DNA from: Nitrososphaerota archaeon
Lineage (GTDB): Archaea > Thermoproteota > Nitrososphaeria > Nitrososphaerales > UBA57
Direction of reading: 5' to 3'
NCBI GenBank assembly: GCA_024860875.1
Contig: JACPSZ010000008.1
Coordinates: forward strand, 20,106-84,105
Length of the DNA: 64,000 nt
Position numbers and translations under genes: made by a program. The notes under the pieces were generated by a model, which ran no database searches, had not been told where the DNA came from, and saw only the letters and a program-made list of their open reading frames with translations. The first letter of the stretch is position 1; each line of letters opens with the position of its first letter. Below are positions 27,035 through 36,046 of this stretch, piece by piece.

Positions 27035-27619
27035 CTAAAGTTCTATTATAATGTCCATGCTCTTCTGCAGTTTATCCAATAATCTTCTTTCTCGCCTTGA
27101 GATTCCCGTTCCCATGTCGTCTGCGGGGAACTTCCCCCTGTAGCCATTGGCTATGAATGTTGTACACTTGGACATCACCTTGAAAACCTTGGCCAGCTCT
27201 CCTCTGTGAAGATACAGCGTAATGTCATTGATAAAGAGTATCTTTGAGGGGATGTCCATGAACTCTTCCAACAAAGCGGCGAAATTATTCGCATTTGCGA
27301 CCGCAAGTTTCTCCACGTGAGCCTTTGACTCACCATCTAGTCTTGGCGCGTAGACATTTTTTGGTGCCTTGTACTGCACAAGATCAAGGTTCTTCAGATA
27401 TGCGCGTAAAGTCTTCCCGACAATATGGAACTCAATCCTTCTTTCACCCGGAGCCATATCAATTACTGCAATCTTAGCTCCTTGCTTCGAGTTTATCGCT
27501 TCATCGAGCAGCTTTGCCAGCAAGGCTGTCTTACCAGAGCCGAGGCCCCCAGTTATCAGAACCTTCTTGCCTAAGCAGTCAGCGAACCTATACTCCGAGT
27601 TTGATGCCTCTCTTTGCAA
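27035..27619 (-). CDS. uncharacterised P-loop NTPase/kinase-like protein
   Basis: Walker [11 protein letters not shown] followed by [10 protein letters not shown]. Embedded between thiW and thiD. Confidence 0.6.
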   Translation of the reverse strand: MQREASNSEYRFADCLGKKVLITGGLGSGKTALLAKLLDEAINSKQGAKIAVIDMAPGERRIEFHIVGKTLRAYLKNLDLVQYKAPKNVYAPRLDGESKAHVEKLAVANANNFAALLEEFMDIPSKILFINDITLYLHRGELAKVFKVMSKCTTFIANGYRGKFPADDMGTGISRRERRLLDKLQKSMDIIIEL

Positions 27620-28103
27620 GTCCTGTTACCACCAAGAATCCAAGAATTGTACCTGGGATACTACTAGCCCAAAAACTTAGCAGAAATGCTATCCATTGCT
27701 CGCTGAAGCCGAAGACTGGAGGTAATGGTCTAGTGCCTGCAGCTGGAGCTACGATAAATGCGCTTATCAAAGCTCCAATACCTGTTCCTAGTGGTTCAAA
27801 CAATCCAACCAGAAAGCTCTTCTTCAAGTATTTGTAAGTAAGACCGACGACTAGAACTCCTGGCACCCCTCCTGGTATGGCAAATATCGAGCCAGTGCCC
27901 ATTCCTATTCTAATCAAGCCTATTGCCAACGCAACTCCTCCGCCTATCCACGGCCCTAGCATTATTCCTGTGATGACATTGACCATGTGCTGATAAGGCA
28001 GAACTCTTGCAGGCCCTACTGGTATTGATCCTGGGTATATGGAGAGTGCACCGCCCAAAGCCGTCAATATTGCTGCTAGAGCTAGCTGGCGCGAGGTTAT
28101 CAT
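27588..28103 (-). CDS. thiW: ThiW-like thiazole-precursor transporter (ECF S-component type)
   Basis: 171 aa, about 5 TM, Gly-rich helices (GPWIGGGVALAIGLIRIGMGTGSIFAIPGG). First gene of the thi operon. Confidence 0.6.
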   Translation of the reverse strand: MITSRQLALAAILTALGGALSIYPGSIPVGPARVLPYQHMVNVITGIMLGPWIGGGVALAIGLIRIGMGTGSIFAIPGGVPGVLVVGLTYKYLKKSFLVGLFEPLGTGIGALISAFIVAPAAGTRPLPPVFGFSEQWIAFLLSFWASSIPGTILGFLVVTGLAKRGIKLGV

Positions 28104-28122
28104 TTAGAATTTTGGAATTGCC

Positions 28123-28139
28123 AATGCTTATAAAGCATT
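28123..28139. promoter_or_regulatory. palindromic TATA/operator shared by divergent thiW and thiR
   Basis: AATGCTT-ATA-AAGCATT is a perfect 7-3-7 palindrome containing TTATAAA. Its centre (28131) is 28 nt from the thiW ATG (28103) and 27 nt from the thiR ATG (28158). Confidence 0.5.
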
Positions 28140-28157
28140 TAATAAGTCAATTATAAC

Positions 28158-29102
28158 ATGCACCCTCCATGCGAACTGATGGTTGAAACCTTTCTCCCTG
28201 CCATGAGAGGACTCGTGGCTCACGAGCTTGCCAAGAAGGGCTTTTCGCAGTCCAAAATTTCAAAATTATTAGGAGTTACCCAGCCAGCCATCAACCAGTA
28301 CCTTGCAAAGCCTCAGAATTTCTATGCTCAAAAGGTTTCAGCATTGGGAATAAGCGAAGCAGAATCTACAAGGTACGCGGGTCTTCTCGGAGAGGATTTG
28401 GTGACGAACCAAATTGCTGCGGTTCATACCCTCTATACGGTATGGAGGCAGCTTCTGCTGGAAGGTAAACTCTCCGACCCCAATAGAAATTTGCAGGGAC
28501 AGCCTTTGTGCAATATCTGGATGCCGATGATGAACCCGACTACGACGGGAGATGAAAGGATGGCAATAGTAGAAGAAATCAAAAGAGCAGTGAAAATCAT
28601 AGAGGATTCAACTGCCTTTCCTAATATAATGCCCGAGGTTTCTGTCAATCTTGTTGTATCGACCAAATCGCCGAAGGGCGAACCTGATGTCGCTGCAATG
28701 CCTGGAAGGATCGTCAACGTAAAAGGGAGGGCTAGAGGTCTTCTGGCGCCAGAATTTGGAGTATCGCATCACATGGCCAGAGTGCTCCTTGCCCTGCATT
28801 CAAAGTTCCCCTCTATACGAGCGTCAATGAACATCAGGTATGATGATAAAATAGCAAAGATTCTGAAGAAAAACCGCATCGAGTATATGATGACTGATTC
28901 GTCAAGAAGGGAAGGAACCGACCCTGTACTCGAATCGATCCAGCAGCTCCTTGTTAAAATCAAGAAGCAGCCCCAAGCAATAGTGGATGCTGGGGGCCAG
29001 GGGATAGAGCCGATAACCTACATCTTCGGCGAAAGCGCATTGGAAGTCGTTAAAAATGCGATAGGTATATCGCAGCAGTATTCACCAGAGAGGGGCAATT
29101 AA
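28158..29102 (+). CDS. thiR: ThiR-type regulator (HTH + ThiN-like sensor domain)
   Basis: N-terminal HTH GFSQSKISKLLGVTQPAINQYL. C-terminal ThiN-like MPEVSVNLVV...AAMPGRIVNVKG...FGVSHHMARVLL...MNIRYD. Confidence 0.75.
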   Translation: MHPPCELMVETFLPAMRGLVAHELAKKGFSQSKISKLLGVTQPAINQYLAKPQNFYAQKVSALGISEAESTRYAGLLGEDLVTNQIAAVHTLYTVWRQLLLEGKLSDPNRNLQGQPLCNIWMPMMNPTTTGDERMAIVEEIKRAVKIIEDSTAFPNIMPEVSVNLVVSTKSPKGEPDVAAMPGRIVNVKGRARGLLAPEFGVSHHMARVLLALHSKFPSIRASMNIRYDDKIAKILKKNRIEYMMTDSSRREGTDPVLESIQQLLVKIKKQPQAIVDAGGQGIEPITYIFGESALEVVKNAIGISQQYSPERGN

Positions 29103-29163
29103 CTTCGGGCTCAAAACCGGTAGACTGAACAACTTAACACAAAGCTGTTAACAACTCACCTAT

Positions 29164-29496
29164 ATGTCAGCGGATGCAAAGAAACTCAAGGATTACGCAA
29201 AGACTCTCGAGGAGACGAAGAAGATGTACAAGGAGAGCTCGAAATTAGGCTCTCATGTGAAAAAACCTGTTAGGCAGGTCACCAACCCCTCTTCGCCGTG
29301 GAAGGCCGTGTCAACTGCAGGTGCGGCAATAATGCTATCGCCCGAACCTTTTACAGATATTGTGGGGATTCCACTCTTCTTGGTTGGCAAGGGGATGTCA
29401 AAATATAGGTCACCTGCAAAGCTTTCAGATGTGTATAAACATCAGCAAATCGTAGCTAAAACCCTGAAAGAATTCAAGGAGGGCTTACGCCTCTAA
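29164..29496 (+). CDS. hypothetical protein (110 aa, one TM)
   Basis: ATG ORF with a central hydrophobic segment. Confidence 0.4.
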   Translation: MSADAKKLKDYAKTLEETKKMYKESSKLGSHVKKPVRQVTNPSSPWKAVSTAGAAIMLSPEPFTDIVGIPLFLVGKGMSKYRSPAKLSDVYKHQQIVAKTLKEFKEGLRL

Positions 29497-30128
29497 AGGC
29501 GCTTCGATTTTATTGAAGCTATAGCCCTAGCCTTTTCCATGTCTTCTGCATTTTTTACAGCCATAAATGAGTACAAATCTGGGTCAAGAGGCTTCAATTC
29601 CTCTTCAACATTAACATACCTTACGGCGTAAAGGTTGTCTATTACGGAAGACATGCTTGTAATGTCTGCACCCCTTGTAGCCACCTTGATGAAAGCCTTC
29701 CTAGCATATACGGAGGTTAAAGATTCGATATTGCCGTTTGCCCACTTTGGTATTGCAGCATCATAGTTTCTTGCCGATTCGAACAATGCATGAACTACAT
29801 TTGGTTTCATAAATGGAATGTTTCCAGATACTACGAAGCAGTGCTCCGACTTTGCAGCTTGGAGTCCGCTGACCACTGCTGAAACTATGGAACTGTCTTC
29901 CCTGTGTATAATGACTTTAACGCCGAAAGGTGATATAGATTCGACTAGTCTAAGGTCTGGCTCTTTTCTGAATACTACGTAAATCTGGTCTGCAACTGTC
30001 CACACTGCATCAAGTACGTATTCCAGAAGGGTATTTTGCTTGTCAGAGTCGAGATAGTCAGTAGATGCCTGCTCGACTTCTTGCTGAGTGTCGAGTATTA
30101 TCGCTGCTCTTGCTGAAACATACGACAT
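29493..30128 (-). CDS. MobA-like nucleotidyltransferase-fold protein (degenerate N-terminal motif)
   Basis: The layout resembles MobA/GT-A NTP transferases (AAIIL..., FVVSGNIPFM), but the usual GGxSxRMG motif is absent. Confidence 0.4.
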   Translation of the reverse strand: MSYVSARAAIILDTQQEVEQASTDYLDSDKQNTLLEYVLDAVWTVADQIYVVFRKEPDLRLVESISPFGVKVIIHREDSSIVSAVVSGLQAAKSEHCFVVSGNIPFMKPNVVHALFESARNYDAAIPKWANGNIESLTSVYARKAFIKVATRGADITSMSSVIDNLYAVRYVNVEEELKPLDPDLYSFMAVKNAEDMEKARAIASIKSKRL

Positions 30129-30334
30129 TTAGTACTTTCAAGCGTAAAGACTGGCCTGATTTAAGATTTCACGGCAGAATGCACATCATAGCAATCCTCC
30201 TAATGTAATAACTTGCCTAAATTGCTTTTGAAGCAGAGATTCATTTTGATACTTGTGGCTTATGTACTATACTACTCTAGTACTCCACTCCCTCACTATT
30301 GTAATCCCCCGTCACAATTTGCGCAGAGGTGGAC

Positions 30335-31324
30335 TTAGTCAAGAAAATCCAATAGCAGACCGACTTTTCTCTGCAGAGCCTTCTTGTACACTGCTGCTGC
30401 AGATGCAGCATCCTGTATGGCTAGGCCCGTAGAATCGAATATCGTGATATCTTTGTTAGATGTCCTGCCAGGCTTCTTGCCCGTAATCAAATCTCCAATC
30501 TCTGCATAAATCTCTCCAATTTTAATTATTCCATTCTTTATTGGGACATTAATTTCACCGCCATGTGAAGCCTGTTCAAGATCATCAACAACAACTTTCG
30601 CCCTCTTGAGTATCCTCGGGTCGAGTTCCTGCTTGCCAGGGGCATCTGCACCTATTGCATTGATGTGAACCCCCTCCTCAACCCACGCGTCCATAACAAT
30701 TGGAGCTTTAGTAGGAGTTATCGTCGTCACAATATCGCTGCCTTTTACCGCATCGGCAACAGTCGTAGCAACTTCTATGTGCATTGAGCCGAAAATCTGG
30801 CTCATCTGCGACGTAAACTCCTTTGCCCTGCTTATGACCCTATCAAAGACCTTCATGTATTTGACATCCCTGACCTTGACTATGGCTTCAAGCTGAGCCT
30901 GAGCCTGAGCCCCAGCACCAACCATCCCGAATACATGGGCTTGTTTTTTGGCAAGAAGGTCTGTCGCTATGGAGCTTGCTGCTCCAGTCCTTAACGCAGT
31001 CAAAAGCGTCGAATCCATGATGCACAATGGAGCTCCAGTTTCAGGCGAAACCAATACCGTGAGTCCCATGACTGATGGAAGACCTTTTACCCTGTTCTCT
31101 GGATGCGAATTGATGATCTTTACGGCGGCGATATCTGAACCTTCAAGATAGGAAGGCATACTCCTCAAATCGCCTTGGTAGTTTTTGAAGAACAGAAAGT
31201 TCTTCGCAGGCATCTGAACCTTGCCCTCGCTCTTCTGTATGAAAGCATCTGTTACTGCCGTGACTATCTCGTCCGGCGTAACAAGGGCCTTTACGTCTGA
31301 CCTGGTCAGGATTAAGGTTTCCAA
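30335..31324 (-). CDS. ala: ornithine cyclodeaminase/mu-crystallin family (archaeal alanine dehydrogenase type)
   Basis: 329 aa. GMVGAGAQAQAQL Rossmann motif, INAIGADAPGKQELD, ITIFDSTGLAIQD. Confidence 0.8.
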   Translation of the reverse strand: METLILTRSDVKALVTPDEIVTAVTDAFIQKSEGKVQMPAKNFLFFKNYQGDLRSMPSYLEGSDIAAVKIINSHPENRVKGLPSVMGLTVLVSPETGAPLCIMDSTLLTALRTGAASSIATDLLAKKQAHVFGMVGAGAQAQAQLEAIVKVRDVKYMKVFDRVISRAKEFTSQMSQIFGSMHIEVATTVADAVKGSDIVTTITPTKAPIVMDAWVEEGVHINAIGADAPGKQELDPRILKRAKVVVDDLEQASHGGEINVPIKNGIIKIGEIYAEIGDLITGKKPGRTSNKDITIFDSTGLAIQDAASAAAVYKKALQRKVGLLLDFLD

Positions 31325-31374
31325 TTCCCACTAACCTTCAAAATGGGAGTATATTTGTTCGCTTATCTGGGATA

Positions 31375-31821
31375 TTGTTTGTCAAAGGAGACCCTCCTCG
31401 CTTTGGCGGCTCGCTGAACCCAGAAGCTCCTTCTAAGGTAGTGAGCAAGTTGAGAGAGATAGGTTTCAAGAGCAATCACATAAAGTTCTATCTAGCAACT
31501 CCTACAATTCTGAACAAGAAAGACATTGACAGGAAGATCGCTGCGGGAGCAGACGACTTGGTGACCCAGATTATCAGAACTCCTGACGAAATGAAGGAAA
31601 TTTCTTCGTATGTTGCTGGGAGAGTGCCAGAAGTCATAGGCACTGCGCTAGTCCCTACGGAGGCCAATGCACCCTCAGCAAGTATGTTCGATTTCGACGT
31701 TTCGCTGCATTCGAAGGATCCAGCAAAGTTCGTTTCAAAGATTATGGAGTATTGCACTGGTGTCCTCGTTACCTCTCCAAGAAGCTTTGACGATGGACTG
31801 GCAGTCGTGAGGAAACTTTAG
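31375..31821 (+). CDS. MetF (methylenetetrahydrofolate reductase)-like fragment, N-terminally short
   Basis: Starts (TTG) at FVKGDPP, equivalent to the mid-protein LRGDPP block. Followed by IDRKIAAGADDLVTQII, equivalent to KxxAGADFxxTQ. Only 50 nt separate it from the divergent ala start. Confidence 0.4.
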   Translation: MFVKGDPPRFGGSLNPEAPSKVVSKLREIGFKSNHIKFYLATPTILNKKDIDRKIAAGADDLVTQIIRTPDEMKEISSYVAGRVPEVIGTALVPTEANAPSASMFDFDVSLHSKDPAKFVSKIMEYCTGVLVTSPRSFDDGLAVVRKL

Positions 31822-34445
31822 CGTCTTCTCCTCATGGTTAACGTTAAGGGTATTATGAGCAGGAAAGTTACAATTACGCCAATCTGAGTCTGCTGGAGCA
31901 ATTGTAAGACAGCATTGATGTCCCTGTTGCTTTGCTGGAGTGCGCTCTTTGTCGCGTTTAACTCCTGAATCAAGAGTGCTGTTCTTTCCTGCTCCAGCTT
32001 TAGAGTGCTTATTGTCTGCTCCAGCGAAGCTTTAGTATTGTTTGCATCCTTTTGTGCAGTATCTAGCGCGACTTTAGTGGTCTCAAGGTTCTTGTTAGTG
32101 CTTGCAAGTGCCTCCCTGGTATTCTGCAGAGCTGCGCTTGTTTCCTGAATCTGATTTCTTGCCGAGTTCAGCTGCGATCCTACATCTGCTAGCTGGTTTC
32201 TCGTACTTGCTAGCTGCAATCTAGTTTCGTTTAGTTCACCTCTGGTTCTTGCCAACAGGTTGAACCTTTCTTGAGCATCCACTTGCAGAGCGCTTGAGAG
32301 CAGTTTTGAACCTGCTGACGCACTTTCCAAAGCATCTAAAGCGTTTCCTTGGTCAAGTGCCCTTTCTGCATTTTGAATGCTTGTTAATGCATTAGAATAG
32401 TAAGTTCTTGCTTGAGGACTGAACCATGCGTATCCGGTAAGGAGGCTGGCTTCAGTTGAAACTCTATCAATCGAATTGCGAGTTGCGTCATTAAGAGCAT
32501 CTATGCCTGTTTTTGCAAGTTCCTTTGCTAAAAGTGTATTTTGGACAGAAAGTTCCCAGCGTCCCTGCTGAAAATGTTCTGCGCCCTTGCCATAGTATGA
32601 ATCAGCGTCAGCAAGTAATCCTGTTGCCTCTTTTATCTGTGAGCCGAATCTTGGTGCCTGTGCCAGCATGCTCTTGATCGAATTCCGCTCTTCTGCAGAT
32701 GCCCGAATTAGGTCGCTGGCCTGCAGGTAGTTTGCCATGTCAAAGTAGCCCCTCGCAACGTCTCCTCCGTATCTAGGCTCGAAGCCGAGGTCAGGCCACC
32801 AAGACCACATCATCTTCATGTACTTCACGCCTTTGCTTGCCATCTTGAAGAGCTCAATATTGAAATCGATATTGAAGGTGCGCTCGAACCAAGTTTTGCT
32901 CGTATCAGGCTTTGATATTGCTGTGATGTTCGCAGAACCCTTCTGTACGTAATCTTTCAGGATTTGGATTTCCTTTGCATCTGGCATGTACGCTTGTGGA
33001 TAAAGGCCCCACCAGCTACCTCTGTACGCTTTGAATATCGTCAGACCTTGAACCTGCTTCTGCTCTACATCATCATACTTCATCTTTGCAAGCCATTCTG
33101 CAGCCAGTTCTGCAGACTCCCTGTACTTGCTTATGCCAGTTATTTCGCCAAGCTGCAAAAGGGGCCCAATAGCACCTGCAGCGCTCCATATTGCTTGAGC
33201 CTTTGCAAAACCCTCCCTGTTATGCCCAGTCGCATTATAGGCATAATAGAAGCCTCCAACGGCATTTGTATCGTTGCTGTAGGAATGGTCTCCCCACGAT
33301 ATTGATTGCGGGGTTACCTGCCATGACAGTAACCACTCTGCATATCTAGCTACCCCTCCAGTAGGTTTTTCCTTCGTGCCTCCTTGACCGTACAGATATG
33401 TTGAGTTTCCCGTATTTTGGTAGGTGAATATCCAAGCGGAGAGCGAATATCCTGCGTGATTTGTTAGAGGGTCGGGGTTGAACCTAGTTCCAGCCCACAT
33501 GAAAGGTAGTGAGCCGTCCATCTTTGTATCGTTTGTATTTCTCGGATTATACTGCAGCCTGAGCATCAGTTTGGCTGCGTTTTCAGCGGCTAGAAGATAA
33601 GTCGCATTCTTCGTAATCCTGTACATGTCAAGCAGAACAACTGCCGACTCTGAAGTTTCGTACATTCGCGGCAGCCATCTCCTCTGTATGTATGATTGAG
33701 GGGTTACTGGAAATGCTCCCGAATAATTTCCACTTTTGATTTGTATCCGCAGAAGCCATTCTGTATACTTTGTCAGAAGAGGAAGTACGCTTTTATCGCC
33801 AGTAATATCGTAGTACAGAATCGTTGCTTTTGCTATCGGGTTGCCGTGTTCAGGTGAAGGGAACGAGGAAACCAAAACTACGTTGTCATCTTGCGTCCCG
33901 TAGATGCCGTCTTTGCCTGCTAACACGTTGCTCTGCTCCGCAAAGTATCCACTATTATCAATCAGGAAGGTAGAATTTCCCACTGTAACGTTGGAAACTG
34001 CTCTTACAGCAACATAAGGGCTTGGCAACTGTGCCCTCCCGAAATAGTCCAGATAGATGTTGAACCTCGCAAGGTATGCAGGGTCTTTTGTGAACAAATA
34101 AGAGCGGAGGAGTGCCTGTGCCGCTCCTCCTGAATCATGTCCTCCAATCAGGAAAGCCGTGTTTTGCTTTTCGCCAGCAGGAATTCCGGGATTGCCTCCC
34201 ATTATCGTTGCATTGTCATACCAGAATGGATCAAGGCCCCATGCTGAAATGTTGTGATATGGTATACCCCATCCTGCCTCAGGCGGTGTGACTGCAAAGG
34301 ATGATATCCATTCTGCGGCTTCAACCCCTCGAAGATAATAGTCGCTGGCTTGGGGATTTACTGCTGGTTGAGCCAATGAGAATGGCAGAAACGACATGCT
34401 CAGAATTGATATCAGAAATATGGAGACTATTTTCATATTTGACAT
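31818..34445 (-). CDS. secreted, C-terminally anchored surface protein with long coiled coil
   Basis: 875 aa. Signal peptide ending LAQPA, about 600-aa globular part, about 200-aa heptad-like region (LASTRNQLADVGSQLNSARNQIQETSAALQNTREALASTNKNL...), terminal TM + RRRR. Confidence 0.7.
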   Translation of the reverse strand: MSNMKIVSIFLISILSMSFLPFSLAQPAVNPQASDYYLRGVEAAEWISSFAVTPPEAGWGIPYHNISAWGLDPFWYDNATIMGGNPGIPAGEKQNTAFLIGGHDSGGAAQALLRSYLFTKDPAYLARFNIYLDYFGRAQLPSPYVAVRAVSNVTVGNSTFLIDNSGYFAEQSNVLAGKDGIYGTQDDNVVLVSSFPSPEHGNPIAKATILYYDITGDKSVLPLLTKYTEWLLRIQIKSGNYSGAFPVTPQSYIQRRWLPRMYETSESAVVLLDMYRITKNATYLLAAENAAKLMLRLQYNPRNTNDTKMDGSLPFMWAGTRFNPDPLTNHAGYSLSAWIFTYQNTGNSTYLYGQGGTKEKPTGGVARYAEWLLSWQVTPQSISWGDHSYSNDTNAVGGFYYAYNATGHNREGFAKAQAIWSAAGAIGPLLQLGEITGISKYRESAELAAEWLAKMKYDDVEQKQVQGLTIFKAYRGSWWGLYPQAYMPDAKEIQILKDYVQKGSANITAISKPDTSKTWFERTFNIDFNIELFKMASKGVKYMKMMWSWWPDLGFEPRYGGDVARGYFDMANYLQASDLIRASAEERNSIKSMLAQAPRFGSQIKEATGLLADADSYYGKGAEHFQQGRWELSVQNTLLAKELAKTGIDALNDATRNSIDRVSTEASLLTGYAWFSPQARTYYSNALTSIQNAERALDQGNALDALESASAGSKLLSSALQVDAQERFNLLARTRGELNETRLQLASTRNQLADVGSQLNSARNQIQETSAALQNTREALASTNKNLETTKVALDTAQKDANNTKASLEQTISTLKLEQERTALLIQELNATKSALQQSNRDINAVLQLLQQTQIGVIVTFLLIIPLTLTMRRRR

Positions 34446-34553
34446 ACCCGAAATTTAGGGCCATCAGTAGAAAAAGGCATAGGTTTCGAGAAATAAAATA
34501 TTCGGAAGGGAGCAAACCAATAAGAAGCTCTACCATAGGCGGAATGCAACGTT

Positions 34554-34631
34554 GGGCCCGTAGCTCAGCATGGACAGAGCATCGGCCCTCTAAGCCGGGG
34601 GTCGTGGGTTCAAATCCCACCGGGCCCGCCA
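34554..34631 (+). tRNA. tRNA-Arg (TCT), CCA encoded
   Basis: GGGCCCG/CGGGCCC acceptor, D-arm GCTC-AGCATGGACA-GAGC, anticodon arm TCGGC-CCTCTAA-GCCGG, T-arm GTGGG-TTCAAAT-CCCAC. Confidence 0.9.
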
Positions 34632-34903
34632 TATTGCATGCGACAAATCATTTTTTCCTGTTTGTCCACAACCCCTGTCGTCTTACTCCCCCCTTGCTTA
34701 ATGTAATTTGCCACTATCGCCACATGCTGATCGCAAAGAAACATGAATGTACCATCATCAAAAACTAATCGCTTCGAAGCTCGCTTTTGACAAACAAATG
34801 TAGTCTTGAAGTTGTCCCATTCGCCATAGGTGCAGACATCATCACTGCAAGGGTGTTCTGGATTCGGAATCTTTTCGATTCTTTCTATCTTTCTGTTGGA
34901 CAT
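34610..34903 (-). CDS. Cys-rich hypothetical protein (97 aa) whose 3' end runs into tRNA-Arg
   Basis: ATG ORF. The last 22 nt overlap the tRNA 3' end, so its authenticity is doubtful. Confidence 0.3.
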   Translation of the reverse strand: MSNRKIERIEKIPNPEHPCSDDVCTYGEWDNFKTTFVCQKRASKRLVFDDGTFMFLCDQHVAIVANYIKQGGSKTTGVVDKQEKMICRMQYGGPGGI

Positions 34904-35399
34904 GTCTGTACTTTCCCAGTCCGTCTTAATTCGCTCTCAATTTCCAAGAGCAAAAGAGCCTTGAGAACCTTTCTTGCGTCCTCCTTTTTCCCATCGTGGA
35001 TACTTGCAGTTGCAAAAATTTTTCAATAAACCTGAAATTCTGAAAGTCGGTGCTTTTGTAATGCGTCATTAAAGTCAATCATCAACCTCTGGGAACCCTT
35101 CTTACCTGTGGCAGTGCATGGCAGAAGCTCACATGCATACAATCCTTAGATCCATCATGGGCACAATAGAGCTGTTTCTCACGAAGATATACATCCACTA
35201 CGCGATTGATTTTGTGATCTCTTAGGATTACACTGTTTCCTTCAAATCCAAACCTTCTTCACTTCAGTAAAATGTGGGTCATCAGTGACGCATGGGATGT
35301 GTAATTGCTTTGCAGTTGCCATGATAGCGCGCGCTTTGAGTGTAATTGCCCATAATTGCGTTCAGAGGGTATAAGATGATAGGATGATAAGAAGCTGTT

Positions 35400-35969
35400 A
35401 TGGACATATTCAAGGGTATCTCGATAGTTGCTCTAGTCATAGCTGTACTTGCTGTCGGGGTCGCTGCGAGCGGCGGAGGCGGTCAACTCACAGGTACTGT
35501 GAATCAACTTGTCAGGACAGTTAACAACCTTGCAGCGGAGGTAGAAGAGCTTGAAGCAGCGGTTGAGGGGGCACCAGCCCAAGGTGCTGGTGGACAGGTG
35601 CCTGCAGATGTGGCACAGAAAGCCGAGCGAGCGTTAAATCTGGCTACAAGGAACTACCTTCACATGCAGCTTACTAGGATCATAGACGAGGTCGGCGAGG
35701 TGAGGGAGGGAATTGCAGAGAGGGATGCTGATGGGATTAGAGATGGGCCGGAAGACGTGGCGGGTCTGGCAGAGAACACACAATGGCCTGACGCTGCGAC
35801 AAAGGAAGCTGCCGAGAATCTTGAGAAACTCGCTTTGGATTTGTTGAAGCTTCTTGATGCCAACAATATCGACGGTATCAATGCCAGAATGGGGGAGCTT
35901 GACAATGCGCGAAGGCTCCTTTCCACACGTGTCAGCGCGTGGGCAACCGCAGCAGGAGTACCTCCGTAA
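35400..35969 (+). CDS. N-terminally anchored helical protein, visibly GC-richer than neighbours
   Basis: TM helix ISIVALVIAVLAVGVAA, then an Ala/Glu-rich helical region. Confidence 0.5.
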   Translation: MDIFKGISIVALVIAVLAVGVAASGGGGQLTGTVNQLVRTVNNLAAEVEELEAAVEGAPAQGAGGQVPADVAQKAERALNLATRNYLHMQLTRIIDEVGEVREGIAERDADGIRDGPEDVAGLAENTQWPDAATKEAAENLEKLALDLLKLLDANNIDGINARMGELDNARRLLSTRVSAWATAAGVPP

Positions 35970-36046
35970 GGTTTTCTCCCTCTATTTTTTGCAGAGGTCT
36001 TATGTTAAAAGCTTCGGCTTAGATCAAGGTATATTGAGGATAAAAA

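Noticed and set aside
28104-28157. Possibility of a TPP riboswitch upstream of thiW.
   Set aside because: Only 54 nt are available between two start codons, too short for the ~100-nt TPP aptamer. No CUGAGA/ACCUGA-type conserved cores were seen. Protein (ThiR-type) control is more likely.
34603-34622. 20-nt identity (TCGTGGGTTCAAATCCCACC) between tRNA-Arg and tRNA-Leu (55213-55232) as possible att sites bracketing a 20-kb island.
   Set aside because: The shared sequence is just a common archaeal T-arm. The intervening 20 kb holds ordinary transporters and biosynthetic genes with no integrase.
34301-34768. ORFs 34301-34768 (+) and 34321-34632 (-) spanning tRNA-Arg.
   Set aside because: Both read straight through a high-confidence tRNA gene and into the start of the neighbouring surface-protein gene, so they are artefacts.
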